DNA of 64,000 nucleotides from Gammaproteobacteria bacterium (lineage in GTDB: Bacteria; Pseudomonadota; Gammaproteobacteria; Eutrophobiales; Eutrophobiaceae), in NCBI GenBank assembly GCA_965222155.1, contig CBDCTH010000012.1:64001-128000 (forward strand), written 5' to 3'. Each line of letters starts with the position of its first letter. The first letter of the stretch is position 1. The notes beneath the pieces were generated by a model. The model did no database searches, was not told the DNA's origin, and saw only the letters and a list, made by a program, of their open reading frames with translations. Of the stretch, positions 22,078-32,727 are shown in pieces. The translations under genes and the position numbers were made by a program.

Positions 22078-24960
22078 TCAGCGCGCCCACCTTCTTCTTT
22101 GCATCTTCTGTAAATGGGTAGTCACTTCCATCTTTTCCAGTTGCAGTGCGTCATCAACCAGTTGTTTTTGCTGGGCCAGGTGCAAACTCATGGAGCCCGC
22201 CGCGGGGGAGGCTGAATAAAAGCGCCCGGCATAGCCAAAGACATGCTGTGTACTCAGGCATCCAATCATTGTCCCCCTGGATTGCATATAGTACCAGCCC
22301 CCTTGATTCTTGGGCTCTTCCTGTACCCATACGACTTCCCTCGCGTTCGGGTATGAGTCGATCACGCGTTTCATTTCATCAAGCGGAAACGGAAATATCT
22401 GCTCCAGGCGGATAATGGCTATATTGCCGATCTCATTGGTGCGCCTGGATTCCAGCAGGTCATAATATACTTTACCAGTGCAAACCAATAAACGGGTTAC
22501 GGCTTCCTTTTGTATGTTGTCGTCAATTTCGTCAATGACCAGTTTAAATCCGCCCGCGCTGATTTTGTCCAGGGTTGAGGTCGATAACTTATGTCGCAGC
22601 AGGCTTTTCGGACTCATGACGACGAGGGGTTTACGATAAGGCCTGAGAACTTGCCGGCGCAGCAGGTGGAACATCTGGGCCGGCGTGCTGGGTTGGCAGA
22701 CCTGCATGTTCTCCAGGGCGCATAATTGTAAAAAACGCTCCAGCCTGGCGGAAGAATGTTCCGGTCCCTGGCCGTCATAGCCGTGGGGTAAAAACATGGT
22801 TAGTCCGCAAAACCGCCCCCATTTTGCTTCGCATGAACTGATAAACTGGTCAATCACAACCTGTGCGCCATTGGCAAAATCACCGAACTGGGCCTCCCAG
22901 ATCACCAGTGCATTAGGCTCGGCGCTGCTGTAACCATAATCAAAGGCCAGCACGGCCTCTTCCGAAAGTATTGAATTGATGACCAGGAACGAAGGCTGCA
23001 CCTCCTTGAGATGCTGCAAGGGTAAATGCTTGTCACCATCATCCTGGTTGTGGATGACGGCATGGCGGTGGAAAAAAGTTCCGCGCCCGCTGTCCTGGCC
23101 GGAAATCCGCACCGGGAAACCGGCATCAAGCAGCGCCGCATAGGCCAGTGTCTCCGCGTAGCCCCAATCCATTTCCAACTCGCCGGCGCCCATTTTTTTT
23201 CGGTTTTCTATGATCCTCGACACGGTCGGATGCAGGTTGAAATGATCCGGGACATCGGTGAAACGTTCAGTCAGCCTGGTCACTAATGCCGGGTGTATAG
23301 CCGTAATGACTTCCATGTCCCAGGAAGTATTTTTATACGGTTCGTAGTTGATTAAATACCGGAAATCGGCATTGCTTGCCTTGGCGCCCGCTACGCTCCG
23401 GTTGGATTCCAATGAATTGACATAGGACCTGGCAGAGGCCTGGATTTCATCCCGGGTAACGATTTTTTCACCTGCCAGGCGTTCGGAATATATGTCCCTG
23501 ACGTTCTTGTGTTCCCTGATTTTCCGGTACATGATGGGCTGGGTTGCAGCAGGTTCGTCCGCTTCACTGTGGCCGTGTCTGCGATAACACACCATGTCGA
23601 TTACCACGTCTTTTTTAAATTCCATGCGATAATCCAGGGCCAGTTTGGTAATGTATACGACCGCTTCAGGGTCATCTCCATTAACGTGAAATATCGGCGC
23701 CTGCACCATCTTGGCAACGGCCGTGCAATACAGGGTTGAGCGTGAATCCAGGGGGTCGCTTGTAGTAAAACCGATCTGGTTATTGACGATGATATGAACG
23801 GTGCCGCCGGTGGAATAACCACGGGTCTGCGACAGGTTGAACGTTTCCATCACTACGCCCTGGCCGGCGAAGGCAGCGTCGCCGTGGATGAGGATAGGTA
23901 ATACCTGGTTGCGCAATTTATCGTGGCGCCGGTCCTGGCGTGCGCGCACGGAACCCTCTACAACCGGGTCAATAATCTCAAGATGGGACGGATTAAATGC
24001 CAGGGTCAAATGAATGACTCCCCCCGGGGTTTGAATATCGGATGAATAACCCAGGTGATATTTTACGTCCCCGGAGCGGGTAAATTCGTCGCCGCTTGTC
24101 TGGTTGCCTGCGCCCTCAAATTCACCGAACAATTCTCCGGGCAACTTGCCGATAATATTGATGAGTACGTTTATCCGGCCGCGGTGCGCCATACCGATTA
24201 CCGCTTCCCGCACCCCCATTTCCCCACCCGACTGGACTATTTCATCAAGCATCGGAATTATTGCTTCGCCTCCTTCCAGCGAGAAACGTTTTTGTCCCAC
24301 GTATTTCCTGTGCAGGTATTCCTCCAGGGCATTGGCGGCAATAATACGCTCCAGTATCCGTTTTCTTTTCTCCGGCGAGAATTGGGGGCTGCCCCTGGTT
24401 TCTTCCAGTCTTTTTTGAATCCAGCGCTTTTCCTTTGTTTCATTCATGTACATGTATTCAGCGCCTATCGACCGACAGTAAGTGGTCTTGACGATATCGA
24501 TGATCTCGGAAAGAGGCAGTTCATCAGGCGCAAACAGCGAACCCGTGTTGAATATCCGCCCCATGTCTTCATCGGTGAACTGATAATAAGCAGGGTCCAA
24601 CTCGGGTACTTCCGGTCGCACATATTGTTTCAGGGGATCCAAATCGGCTTGCTGGTGGCCGCGAAAGCGATGCGCGTTGATCAGCTGTAATACCAGGGCC
24701 TGTTTTTTATTATCCGTGTTAACGGCATCTGTTTGCCGCGCAGCAGGTGCAGGGACTTTATCATCTATTGCCGCAGTCTGCGCTGTCTCCTCGACAGGAC
24801 TGGGCACAACATCGGTTTCCGGGCCTTCCTGATTCAGGTCATCAAAGTATTCACGCCATTCAGCAGCCACGCTGGCAGGGTTATCCAGGTACCGTGCATG
24901 TATTTCTTCAATAAATGCGGTATTACCGCTGTAAAAAAGGGATGGTCCGGGCGCGCTCAT
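22078..24960 (-). CDS. sucA: 2-oxoglutarate dehydrogenase E1
   Basis: KRFSLEGG, GMAHRGR, HGDAAFAGQGVV, WEAQFGDF, GPEHSSARLER. Confidence 0.98.
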   Translation of the reverse strand: MSAPGPSLFYSGNTAFIEEIHARYLDNPASVAAEWREYFDDLNQEGPETDVVPSPVEETAQTAAIDDKVPAPAARQTDAVNTDNKKQALVLQLINAHRFRGHQQADLDPLKQYVRPEVPELDPAYYQFTDEDMGRIFNTGSLFAPDELPLSEIIDIVKTTYCRSIGAEYMYMNETKEKRWIQKRLEETRGSPQFSPEKRKRILERIIAANALEEYLHRKYVGQKRFSLEGGEAIIPMLDEIVQSGGEMGVREAVIGMAHRGRINVLINIIGKLPGELFGEFEGAGNQTSGDEFTRSGDVKYHLGYSSDIQTPGGVIHLTLAFNPSHLEIIDPVVEGSVRARQDRRHDKLRNQVLPILIHGDAAFAGQGVVMETFNLSQTRGYSTGGTVHIIVNNQIGFTTSDPLDSRSTLYCTAVAKMVQAPIFHVNGDDPEAVVYITKLALDYRMEFKKDVVIDMVCYRRHGHSEADEPAATQPIMYRKIREHKNVRDIYSERLAGEKIVTRDEIQASARSYVNSLESNRSVAGAKASNADFRYLINYEPYKNTSWDMEVITAIHPALVTRLTERFTDVPDHFNLHPTVSRIIENRKKMGAGELEMDWGYAETLAYAALLDAGFPVRISGQDSGRGTFFHRHAVIHNQDDGDKHLPLQHLKEVQPSFLVINSILSEEAVLAFDYGYSSAEPNALVIWEAQFGDFANGAQVVIDQFISSCEAKWGRFCGLTMFLPHGYDGQGPEHSSARLERFLQLCALENMQVCQPSTPAQMFHLLRRQVLRPYRKPLVVMSPKSLLRHKLSTSTLDKISAGGFKLVIDEIDDNIQKEAVTRLLVCTGKVYYDLLESRRTNEIGNIAIIRLEQIFPFPLDEMKRVIDSYPNAREVVWVQEEPKNQGGWYYMQSRGTMIGCLSTQHVFGYAGRFYSASPAAGSMSLHLAQQKQLVDDALQLEKMEVTTHLQKMQRRRWAR

Positions 24961-25140
24961 CGTATTTCCACGTTTCTGCAATAGTTTTGTCTGTTATTTC
25001 TGAGGTTTGTCCGCAATTATTCAGTCTCATACACAAAATCAAGCCGTATTATATGACTATTTCTTGAAATTATACCTGAATACTTTCGTAACACACTAAA
25101 CTGTAAGCTGTTTTATATTATGGGAGGATCTTCTTCGAGA

Positions 25141-25340
25141 CAGGGCAAACGCATACTTTTGAATTCAGATGTTTTTGCCCGATTCCGTCATTCTGGCGCA
25201 GGCCAGAATCCAGTGAATAACCCTTCATTACCCTGAGCTGTTGTTTGACTGGATGCTGGCATTCGCCAGCATGACGGGCGGTGTTGTCCGGTTGGTTTCC
25301 TGTCTTCTGCAACAGAATCCAAAAGTATGCGGTTGCCCTG
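25141..25340. mobile_element. MITE, ISAs1-like ends (copy 2)
   Basis: Closely similar to 15684-15889; TSD TTCTTCGAGA / TTCTTCGAGG. Confidence 0.9.
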
Positions 25341-25449
25341 TTCTTCGAGGTTTTGACATCTTGACTTGCGGACTGTTCTCATAGATGTATGCTAGATAAA
25401 TAACATAACTATAATAGTTGCAGATTCCCCGGTAGAAGGAGAAGGTTTC

Positions 25450-26739
25450 ATGACGCGTACAGTTACTATCACTGATAACAAAACCGGCAAACAACTCGAA
25501 TGTCCGGTTTCTGAGGGCACTTACGGCGCCCCGGTTATCAATACCAAGTCCCTGTATAAGGAACTGGGTATGTTTACCTATGATCCGGGTTATACCACCA
25601 CCGCCAGTTGCAGCAGCGCCATTACTTACCTGGATGGAGAGAAAGGGATACTGTTGCACCGCGGTTACCCGATAGAACAACTGGCGGAAAACAGCACCTT
25701 CCTGGAAGTTGTCTATCTGTTGATCCATGGTGAATTGCCAAACCGACAGCAGATGGATGAGTGGGAGCATTCCATCAAGATGCACATGATGACACATGAG
25801 CACCTGTCCCGGTTTTACTCGGCCTATCGCTACGATGCTCATCCCATGTCGATCATGGCAGGTGTGACCAGCGCCATTGCCTCGTACTACCATGACCGTA
25901 CCGATATCAGGGACCCTGATAACCGCTTGATGACCGCCAAGCGAGTTATCGGCAAGATTCCCAACGTGGCATCCAAATGCTATCGCTATGCCTCCGGCCT
26001 GCCTTTTGTCTATCCCGATAATTCACGCAACTATATTGAAAATTTCATGTATATGATGTTTTCATGGCCCACTGAGGAATACACGCCGTCAGCGGTTGCC
26101 GTACGCGCCCTGGACCTTCTTTTCATACTCCATGCCGACCACGAACAGAACGCCAGCACCTCGACCGTGCGCCTTGCCGGCAGTTCTGAAACCAATCCTT
26201 TTGCCTGTGTCGCCGCCGGCATTACAACCCTGTGGGGCAAGTCCCACGGAGGTGCCAATGAGGCCGTGATCCGGATGCTGGAGGAGATCGGCAAGCCATC
26301 GAACGTCGGGAAATTCGTTGCCCGGGCAAAAGACAGCAAAGACAGCTTCAAGTTGATGGGCTTCGGCCACCGGGTTTACAAGGAATATGACCCAAGGGCA
26401 AAAATCATTCGTGAGGCAAGCCATAATTTATTGGATGAAATGGACCTGAATCAGCCTTTGTTTGAAATAGCTATGGAATTGGAACGGATAGCCCTGGAGG
26501 ATGACTATTTTATCAAGCGGAAACTGTACCCGAACGTTGATTTTTATTCAGGCCTGATCTACCAGGCCCTGCGCATTCCTACCTCCATGTTTACGGTGAT
26601 GTTTGCCCTGGCGCGCAGTGCCGGCTGGATTACCCAATGGATGGAATTGATGGAGGATAAGGACTTTCGTATCGGTCGCCCAAGACAGTTGTATGTCGGC
26701 GAAAAATCCCGTGATTACATACCCATTGAAGATAGATGA
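25450..26739 (+). CDS. gltA: citrate synthase
   Basis: [36 protein letters not shown]. Confidence 0.98.
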   Translation: MTRTVTITDNKTGKQLECPVSEGTYGAPVINTKSLYKELGMFTYDPGYTTTASCSSAITYLDGEKGILLHRGYPIEQLAENSTFLEVVYLLIHGELPNRQQMDEWEHSIKMHMMTHEHLSRFYSAYRYDAHPMSIMAGVTSAIASYYHDRTDIRDPDNRLMTAKRVIGKIPNVASKCYRYASGLPFVYPDNSRNYIENFMYMMFSWPTEEYTPSAVAVRALDLLFILHADHEQNASTSTVRLAGSSETNPFACVAAGITTLWGKSHGGANEAVIRMLEEIGKPSNVGKFVARAKDSKDSFKLMGFGHRVYKEYDPRAKIIREASHNLLDEMDLNQPLFEIAMELERIALEDDYFIKRKLYPNVDFYSGLIYQALRIPTSMFTVMFALARSAGWITQWMELMEDKDFRIGRPRQLYVGEKSRDYIPIEDR

Positions 26740-27722
26740 GCATGAAACCCAGCGTACGCGTTGTTGTTACCGGTGCTGCCGGTCAAATCGGTTATGCCTT
26801 GCTGTTCCGGATTGCCGCCGGAGAGTTTTTAGGCAAGGATCAACCGGTAGTTCTACAACTGCTTGAGATTCCCCCCGCCTTGCCGGCATTGGACGGTGTG
26901 GTTATGGAACTGGATGACTGTGCTTTTACGACGCTGGCCGGGGTGGTGACCACCTCTGATGCCGATATTGCCTTCAAGGATGCGGATTTTGCTTTCCTGG
27001 TCGGGGCAAAACCGCGCGGGACCGGAATGGAACGTGCAGATCTGTTATTGAGCAATGCCGAAATCTTTAACGTGCAGGGCAGGGCCTTGAACGATCATGC
27101 AAGTCGTGACGTTAAAGTGCTCGTTATCGGCAATCCGGCCAATACGAATGCCTTGATCACCATGAAGAATGCACCGGACCTGGACCCGCGTCGGGTCATG
27201 GCGATGATGCGTCTTGATCACAACAGGGGATTGGCAATGCTTGCCTCCCGGGTTTCGCGCCCGGTAGACGTCATCCGTAAACTCACTGTCTGGGGGAATC
27301 ATTCAACCACGCAATACCCGGATCTCCACCATACTCTGGTGGATGGGAAACCGGCCATGGAACTGGTCGAACAAAGCTGGTATGAGAATGAATTTATTCC
27401 CGGAGTGGCGAAGCGCGGCGCCGAAATTATCAAGGCCCGGGGTGCGTCCAGCGCCGCATCTGCTGCAAACGCCATCCTGGATCATACCCGTGACTGGGTA
27501 TTCGGAACCCGTGAAAATGACTGGACAAGTATGGCTGTGGCTGCAGATGGTAGTTACGGCATTCCGGAAGGCATTGTCTATTCCTTCCCAGTTACCTGTG
27601 CTGATGGTACTTGTGAGATAGTCCGGGGGTTGGACATCAATGAATTCAGCAGGATAAAGATGAAACAGACGCAAGCCGAACTGGAACAGGAAAGAGACGC
27701 GATCAAGCACCTGTTCCGTTGA
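26736..27722 (+). CDS. mdh: malate dehydrogenase
   Basis: [42 protein letters not shown]. Confidence 0.97.
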   Translation: MSMKPSVRVVVTGAAGQIGYALLFRIAAGEFLGKDQPVVLQLLEIPPALPALDGVVMELDDCAFTTLAGVVTTSDADIAFKDADFAFLVGAKPRGTGMERADLLLSNAEIFNVQGRALNDHASRDVKVLVIGNPANTNALITMKNAPDLDPRRVMAMMRLDHNRGLAMLASRVSRPVDVIRKLTVWGNHSTTQYPDLHHTLVDGKPAMELVEQSWYENEFIPGVAKRGAEIIKARGASSAASAANAILDHTRDWVFGTRENDWTSMAVAADGSYGIPEGIVYSFPVTCADGTCEIVRGLDINEFSRIKMKQTQAELEQERDAIKHLFR

Positions 27723-27723
27723 C

Positions 27724-27748
27724 GGGGACGGAATTGAATTCCGTCCCC
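27724..27748. repeat. Palindrome variant GGGGACGGAATT(G)AATTCCGTCCCC
   Basis: 12-bp arms, immediately after the mdh stop. Confidence 0.88.
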
Positions 27749-27825
27749 AGCGCAAGGTTGCAGCTTGCCGTCAAAGGTAATGTGTGTTAAAAATACCACC
27801 TTTTTGCACTGGTATAATAGACAAA

Positions 27826-28335
27826 ATGCCCAGTTCACGTTCACAAATTGATGCAGATGGGTTTCGCGCTAACGTAGCAATCGTCTTGTTCAACGATCAG
27901 CGCCGCCTGTTCTGGGCAAAACGGGTTGGAATGGACGCTTGGCAGTTTCCCCAGGGCGGCATCAGACAGCACGAATCTGTTGAAGCGGCCATGTTCAGGG
28001 AACTGCATGAGGAAGTAGGGCTATTGCCTGAACACGTGGAAGTGGTTGGCGTGAGCCGGGACTGGTTACATTACAGACTGCCGAAAAAATACATCCGACG
28101 CCACATCAGACCGCTCTGTATCGGTCAGAAGCAGCGCTGGTACCTGCTCAAACTGACAAGCGATGAAAGCAACGTCAACCTGGCCTCAAGCCGTCGCCCG
28201 GAATTTGATCACTGGCGCTGGGTAGACTCCTCTGAGCCCGCCAGAAGCGTCGTGTTCTTTAAACGGGATGTCTATAAGCAGGCGCTGGCGGAACTGGGAC
28301 CGTTGATGAAAGTGCAGTCTCTATATGAAAGTTAA
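27826..28335 (+). CDS. rppH: RNA pyrophosphohydrolase
   Basis: IDADGFRANV, WQFPQGG, Nudix box RELHEEVGL, CIGQKQ.W, PEFD.WRW. Confidence 0.95.
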   Translation: MPSSRSQIDADGFRANVAIVLFNDQRRLFWAKRVGMDAWQFPQGGIRQHESVEAAMFRELHEEVGLLPEHVEVVGVSRDWLHYRLPKKYIRRHIRPLCIGQKQRWYLLKLTSDESNVNLASSRRPEFDHWRWVDSSEPARSVVFFKRDVYKQALAELGPLMKVQSLYES

Positions 28336-28537
28336 TCAGCGTCTAGCGTTATTAAAGGAGTGGCACAAAAGTTTTCACGCCCTGACAAATGGTATTGATC
28401 CCGATTCTCTTTCAACCTTATCTGACGATCAGAAAAAGGTATTAAAAGATATCGTATATAAATGACTCCGCCAGAATGGGTGTTGTCTGTTTTCCATATG
28501 AACAAGCCATGAAAAATCGTGCCACAATGGAAGATGT

Positions 28538-28940
28538 ATGCCAACTGTATTAAGAAATGGGCCGTACAGGTTTTACTTCTATAGCAATGAAAGAGGAGAA
28601 CCGCCTCATATTCATGTCAGGGCAAACGCATACTTTTGGATTCTACCCGTTGAAACCGTGATCCAGCCCTGAAATTCGGCATACCATTCCTGCGAAAGCA
28701 GGAATGGGAAACGGAGTTTTCACGGGGAATTCATGTTTTTTGCTATTGAATATAAAAGTATGCGTTTGCCCTGATATTTATGTACAAAGAGAGCGATTTC
28801 TTGCAAAATTCTGGCTGCAACCAGTTGCTTTGGCAAGCTCAAAAAGATTTAAGTCACATGAATTGAATTCGATAAAGCAGATAATCGAAAAGCACAAAGA
28901 GCAATTACTGGAGGCTTGGTATGAACGAGCGAGCAGTTAA
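28538..28940 (+). pseudogene. DUF4160-family protein interrupted by MITE copy 3
   Basis: MPTVLRNGPYRFYFYSNERGEPPHIHV | MITE | QRERFLAKFWLQPVAL...LLEAWYE. Confidence 0.85.
28618..28773. mobile_element. MITE, ISAs1-like ends (copy 3; inverted, different interior)
   Basis: Same TIR; TSD ATATTCATGT / ATATTTATGT; internal hairpin CCATTCCTGC-GAAA-GCAGGAATGG. Confidence 0.88.
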
Positions 28941-29157
28941 AATGTATCCGTTAGTAGAGTTCTCGGAAGATAAACTTGTTGTCTGGTTAGTGGATGGACG
29001 AACAATAATGATACCTCTTATATGGTTTCCCCGGCTTGCAAGCGCGACAGCTGAACAGTTACGAAAATATGAAATATTGGGAGATGGTGAAGGTATCCAC
29101 TGGCCGGATATAGATGAAGATCTGAGTGTAAATGGACTGCTTCGTGGCACGCACTGA
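28921..29157 (+). CDS. DUF2442-family protein (usual partner of DUF4160)
   Basis: L.DGR.I.IPL.WFPRL..AT......E....GIHWPDIDEDLSV.GLL. Confidence 0.9.
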   Translation: MNERAVKMYPLVEFSEDKLVVWLVDGRTIMIPLIWFPRLASATAEQLRKYEILGDGEGIHWPDIDEDLSVNGLLRGTH

Positions 29158-29190
29158 AGAGTGAACCCACCGTCTACATGATTTACGCAG

Positions 29191-29537
29191 TTAATCTCCC
29201 TGGTTTGATTTCTCCATCATAAGCAACGGCAATAAGCGCCGGATGGCCCGCTTCTTTATTCTTTCTACCGCGCCCACATAGAAATCGGGGTTGACCCCCC
29301 TGTCTGTCAGGGCGGTTTGCAGTTCGGCCAGGATCGAATTGCAGGTTTCAACCGCATTGCCTGCGACGACACGAATATCCGGGCTTGATGCCACATGCTC
29401 ACGTGCCTCGTCCTGCAAACAGCTTGTATATGCCAGATTTGTTTCGCCCATCAATATCATATCTGCGCTGTCAAATGAGTTTCTCGGCGGCGTTTCTGCA
29501 AATGCCGCAACGCCGGCAAAATACAGGAACATCATTA
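29191..29537 (-). CDS. hypothetical exported protein
   Basis: Signal-like MMFLYFAGVAAFA; start uncertain. Confidence 0.55.
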
Positions 29538-29557
29538 TCCCGTATATCTTGCCGGGG

Positions 29558-30034
29558 CTAACCATGGTCTTCCAGCAAACTGCGCAGCATCCAGGCATTT
29601 TTCTCGTGGATTTGCATGCGTTGCGTCAACAGGTCCGCCGAGGGTTCATCATTGGCGCTCTCCACTACCGGGAATATACTCCTGGCTGTCTTGACCACCG
29701 CTTCCTGACCCTGGACCAGTTGCCTTATCATCTCTGCCGCTCCCGGCACTCCGGTTTCCTCCCGGATCGAGGACAATCGGCTGAATTGCTCATAAGACCC
29801 GGGTGCCGCTACCCCCAATGCCCGGATGCGTTCTGCAATTTCATCCACTGCCGTCGCCAGTTCCGTGTAGTGCTGTTCAAACAGGGTGTGCAAAGTGCTG
29901 AACATCGGTCCGGTCACGTTCCAATGGAAATTATGTGTCTTCAGATAGAGTGTATAACTGTCGGCCAGTAACCTGGACAAACCTTCAGCTATCTGTTGCC
30001 GGTTATCTTCGGAAATACCAATATCTATATGCAT
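29558..30034 (-). CDS. dps: DNA starvation/stationary phase protection protein
   Basis: [39 protein letters not shown]. Confidence 0.96.
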   Translation of the reverse strand: MHIDIGISEDNRQQIAEGLSRLLADSYTLYLKTHNFHWNVTGPMFSTLHTLFEQHYTELATAVDEIAERIRALGVAAPGSYEQFSRLSSIREETGVPGAAEMIRQLVQGQEAVVKTARSIFPVVESANDEPSADLLTQRMQIHEKNAWMLRSLLEDHG

Positions 30035-30237
30035 GAGATCCTCCTGTCTGGAATCGTGATTAATCAATTATCAAACAGCATAGCGCAATATCTTGGATAA
30101 CGATATTCGTAATATTTTATGGAAAGGATAGATTAAATTAATCATTACCGGCTACGCCGGAATAGCCAATGCAGAGCTATGTGTTTGCATTGAGTCATTC
30201 CAATACAAGTGATGTGGTTTTCATATAAACTGTTGCC

Positions 30238-30765
30238 ATGTATAAGGATGCCGTAATACTCGCCAAGACCTTTTGTTACATATGCCTGCTGAAGTATCGG
30301 CCCCAGGACGTTCCTGCTTCCCGGGAGTTGTTGATGCTCAGCGTCGGAATTTATTTTCTGCTTGATTTCGTGCTGGCAGAACTGGATAAGAACATAACGG
30401 GGGCGCTGCCGGCAGCTATCGTCGGTACTGTGTTTTTATTGGTGTTTGTTCTGTTACTGTTGCTGTTGTGTCGTAAAGTAAACAGGTGGGCTCAGACTGT
30501 AACGGCATTGGCCGGAACCGGGATAATTTTTGGTTTATTGCTCATGCCTGGTGTCCTGACCGTGTCCGAATCCGGCCCGATGACATTCATGCAACAAATC
30601 TTCTCCGTACTCCTTTACCTTGTGCTCATCTGGTACGTGGTGGTTCTGGCGCATATTTTTCGACATGCAATGTCGTCCTCGTTCGCCCTCGGGACATGCG
30701 TCTCGATCATGTATATGTTACTGGGGATATTCATCGAGTTAACCCTCGTGTATCCCGATTCGTGA
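30238..30765 (+). CDS. hypothetical membrane protein
   Basis: Several TM segments, PQDVPAS motif; stop overlaps the mpl start. Confidence 0.75.
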   Translation: MYKDAVILAKTFCYICLLKYRPQDVPASRELLMLSVGIYFLLDFVLAELDKNITGALPAAIVGTVFLLVFVLLLLLLCRKVNRWAQTVTALAGTGIIFGLLLMPGVLTVSESGPMTFMQQIFSVLLYLVLIWYVVVLAHIFRHAMSSSFALGTCVSIMYMLLGIFIELTLVYPDS

Positions 30766-32117
30766 AGCTGCATATACTCGGGATCTGCGGTACGTTTATG
30801 GGCGGTATCGCCCGCCTGGCGCAACAACTCGGTCACGAGGTTGCCGGCAGTGACCGGAATGTTTATCCGCCCATGAGTGAGGAATTGGCCAAATCAGGCA
30901 TACAGGTCAAGCAAGGCTATGACCCGGACCGGCTCAACCCCAGGCCGGACCTGGTCATAGTCGGGAATGCCCTGTCCCGGGGCAACGAGAGCGTAGAGTA
31001 CGTGCTGGCGGAAAAGATTCCCTACATGTCCGGGCCACAATGGCTGGCAGAAAATGTGTTGCCGGGACGCATGGTAATTGCCGTCTCCGGCACCCATGGC
31101 AAAACCACCACTTCAAGCATACTTGCCTGGCTGTTGCATGGCGCGGGACGGGACCCCGGGTTTTTGATCGGCGGGGTGCCGGAAAATTTCGGGTGCTCCG
31201 CGACCATCGGCAGTTCAGAACTGTTCGTGGTTGAAGCCGATGAATATGACACGGCTTTTTTCGATAAGCGGTCGAAGTTTATCCACTACCGTCCCGATGT
31301 ATTAATCATCAATAATATAGAATATGATCACGCGGATATATTCGCAGATGTAGCGGCTGTTCAGAGGCAGTTTCACCATCTTATCCGGACCGTTCCCGGC
31401 AACGGCCGGATTATTGCGAGGGCGGCAAGTCCACATATCGATACGCTGCTGGAGATGGGATGCTGGTCACCGGTGGACCGTTTTGGTGACGTTTCCAGCG
31501 CCTGGCGAACCGTACCGTTGAACCGGAACTATTCGGAGTTCCAGGTAATCAAACAAGGACAGGAAGTGGGGAGGGTGCACTGGTCGTTATTTGGCGAGCA
31601 TAACGCGGAAAATGCCCTGGCGGCGCTGATAGCGGCACACCGGGTTGGTGTGGATATGCAGCAGGCCTGTGAAAGCCTGTCCGGTTTTACCAGCGTAAAG
31701 CGGCGGTTACAATTGCTGGCGAGAGTCGATGGCGTTTCAGTTTATGACGATTTTGCCCACCATCCGACGGCCATCAAACGTGCGCTGCAGGCGCTCAGAA
31801 GCCATGTTGGTGAACAACGTCTCATTGCCGTACTGGAGTTACGTTCGAATACGATGAAAGCAGGAATACATAAAAATACGCTGGCCGCGGCGCTGACGGA
31901 TGCGGACCTGGTCTATGTGCTTGAACCTTCGGGACTTGGCTGGGACCTGCGCGCGAGTCTTAGCGGTCTGGCTGACAAGTTGCGCGTATTTGTCACTGTG
32001 GAAGACATTGTGGCGCAACTGGATCGGATCAGGATACAGCGCGACCATATCCTGATCATGAGTAATGGCGGGTTTGAAAATATTTACCGGCGTCTGATTG
32101 AGAGGTTGTCAAACTGA
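30762..32117 (+). CDS. mpl: murein peptide ligase
   Basis: HILGICGTFMGG, GTHGKTTT, EADEYDTAFFDKRSKF, DDFAHHP; GTG start at 30762. Confidence 0.96.
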   Translation: MKLHILGICGTFMGGIARLAQQLGHEVAGSDRNVYPPMSEELAKSGIQVKQGYDPDRLNPRPDLVIVGNALSRGNESVEYVLAEKIPYMSGPQWLAENVLPGRMVIAVSGTHGKTTTSSILAWLLHGAGRDPGFLIGGVPENFGCSATIGSSELFVVEADEYDTAFFDKRSKFIHYRPDVLIINNIEYDHADIFADVAAVQRQFHHLIRTVPGNGRIIARAASPHIDTLLEMGCWSPVDRFGDVSSAWRTVPLNRNYSEFQVIKQGQEVGRVHWSLFGEHNAENALAALIAAHRVGVDMQQACESLSGFTSVKRRLQLLARVDGVSVYDDFAHHPTAIKRALQALRSHVGEQRLIAVLELRSNTMKAGIHKNTLAAALTDADLVYVLEPSGLGWDLRASLSGLADKLRVFVTVEDIVAQLDRIRIQRDHILIMSNGGFENIYRRLIERLSN

Positions 32118-32725
32118 TGCAAACCGTCCCCCTGTTCCCGCTGCATACCGTTTTATACCCGGATGGCCAACTGCCGCTACGGATATTCGAGCCGCGCTAC
32201 GTGGACATGGTCAGCGAGTGCCTGAAAACCAATAGCGGATTCGGGGTTTGCCTGATAAAACAGGGAGCGGAAACCGGTCCGGCGGCCACCTGTTTCAACG
32301 TAGGCACATACGCGGAAATTATTGATTTCTCGCGCCAGACAAACGGCTTGTTGACTATTACCATACAGGGGAAAAGACGCTTACGGGTTTTGCAAACGGC
32401 TGTACGGAGCAATAATTTACTCACAGGGAATATCGACTGGATTGCCTCGGACGAAGCAGAGGAAGGTCTGGATGAATACCCGTTGCTCAAGGATATATAC
32501 CGGCATATCGTCGAGAATTATGACACCTTATATGCAGATGAAGAGCACGAGTCAGTGAGTCCGGAAGTACTCAGTTATCGCCTGGCGGAATTTTTACCGT
32601 TTGACAATAACATCAAGCAGGAAATCCTGGAAGCAGACAGGGCGAAGGCCCGGCTGGAGTTAATCAAAACAAACCTGATGAGTATGGAAATTGAGTTTGA
32701 TGCCACCGAGTCCGGTATGCAATAG
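32117..32725 (+). CDS. LON peptidase substrate-binding domain protein
   Basis: PLFPL..VL.P...LPLRIFEPRY..MV..C. Confidence 0.9.
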   Translation: MQTVPLFPLHTVLYPDGQLPLRIFEPRYVDMVSECLKTNSGFGVCLIKQGAETGPAATCFNVGTYAEIIDFSRQTNGLLTITIQGKRRLRVLQTAVRSNNLLTGNIDWIASDEAEEGLDEYPLLKDIYRHIVENYDTLYADEEHESVSPEVLSYRLAEFLPFDNNIKQEILEADRAKARLELIKTNLMSMEIEFDATESGMQ

Positions 32726-32727
32726 CA

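Noticed and set aside
17931-25893. Long antisense or alternate-frame ORFs over phaA, lpdA, sucAB and gltA (similarly over mutS and nth)
   Set aside because: These are shadow ORFs of well-supported genes with no recognisable motifs.
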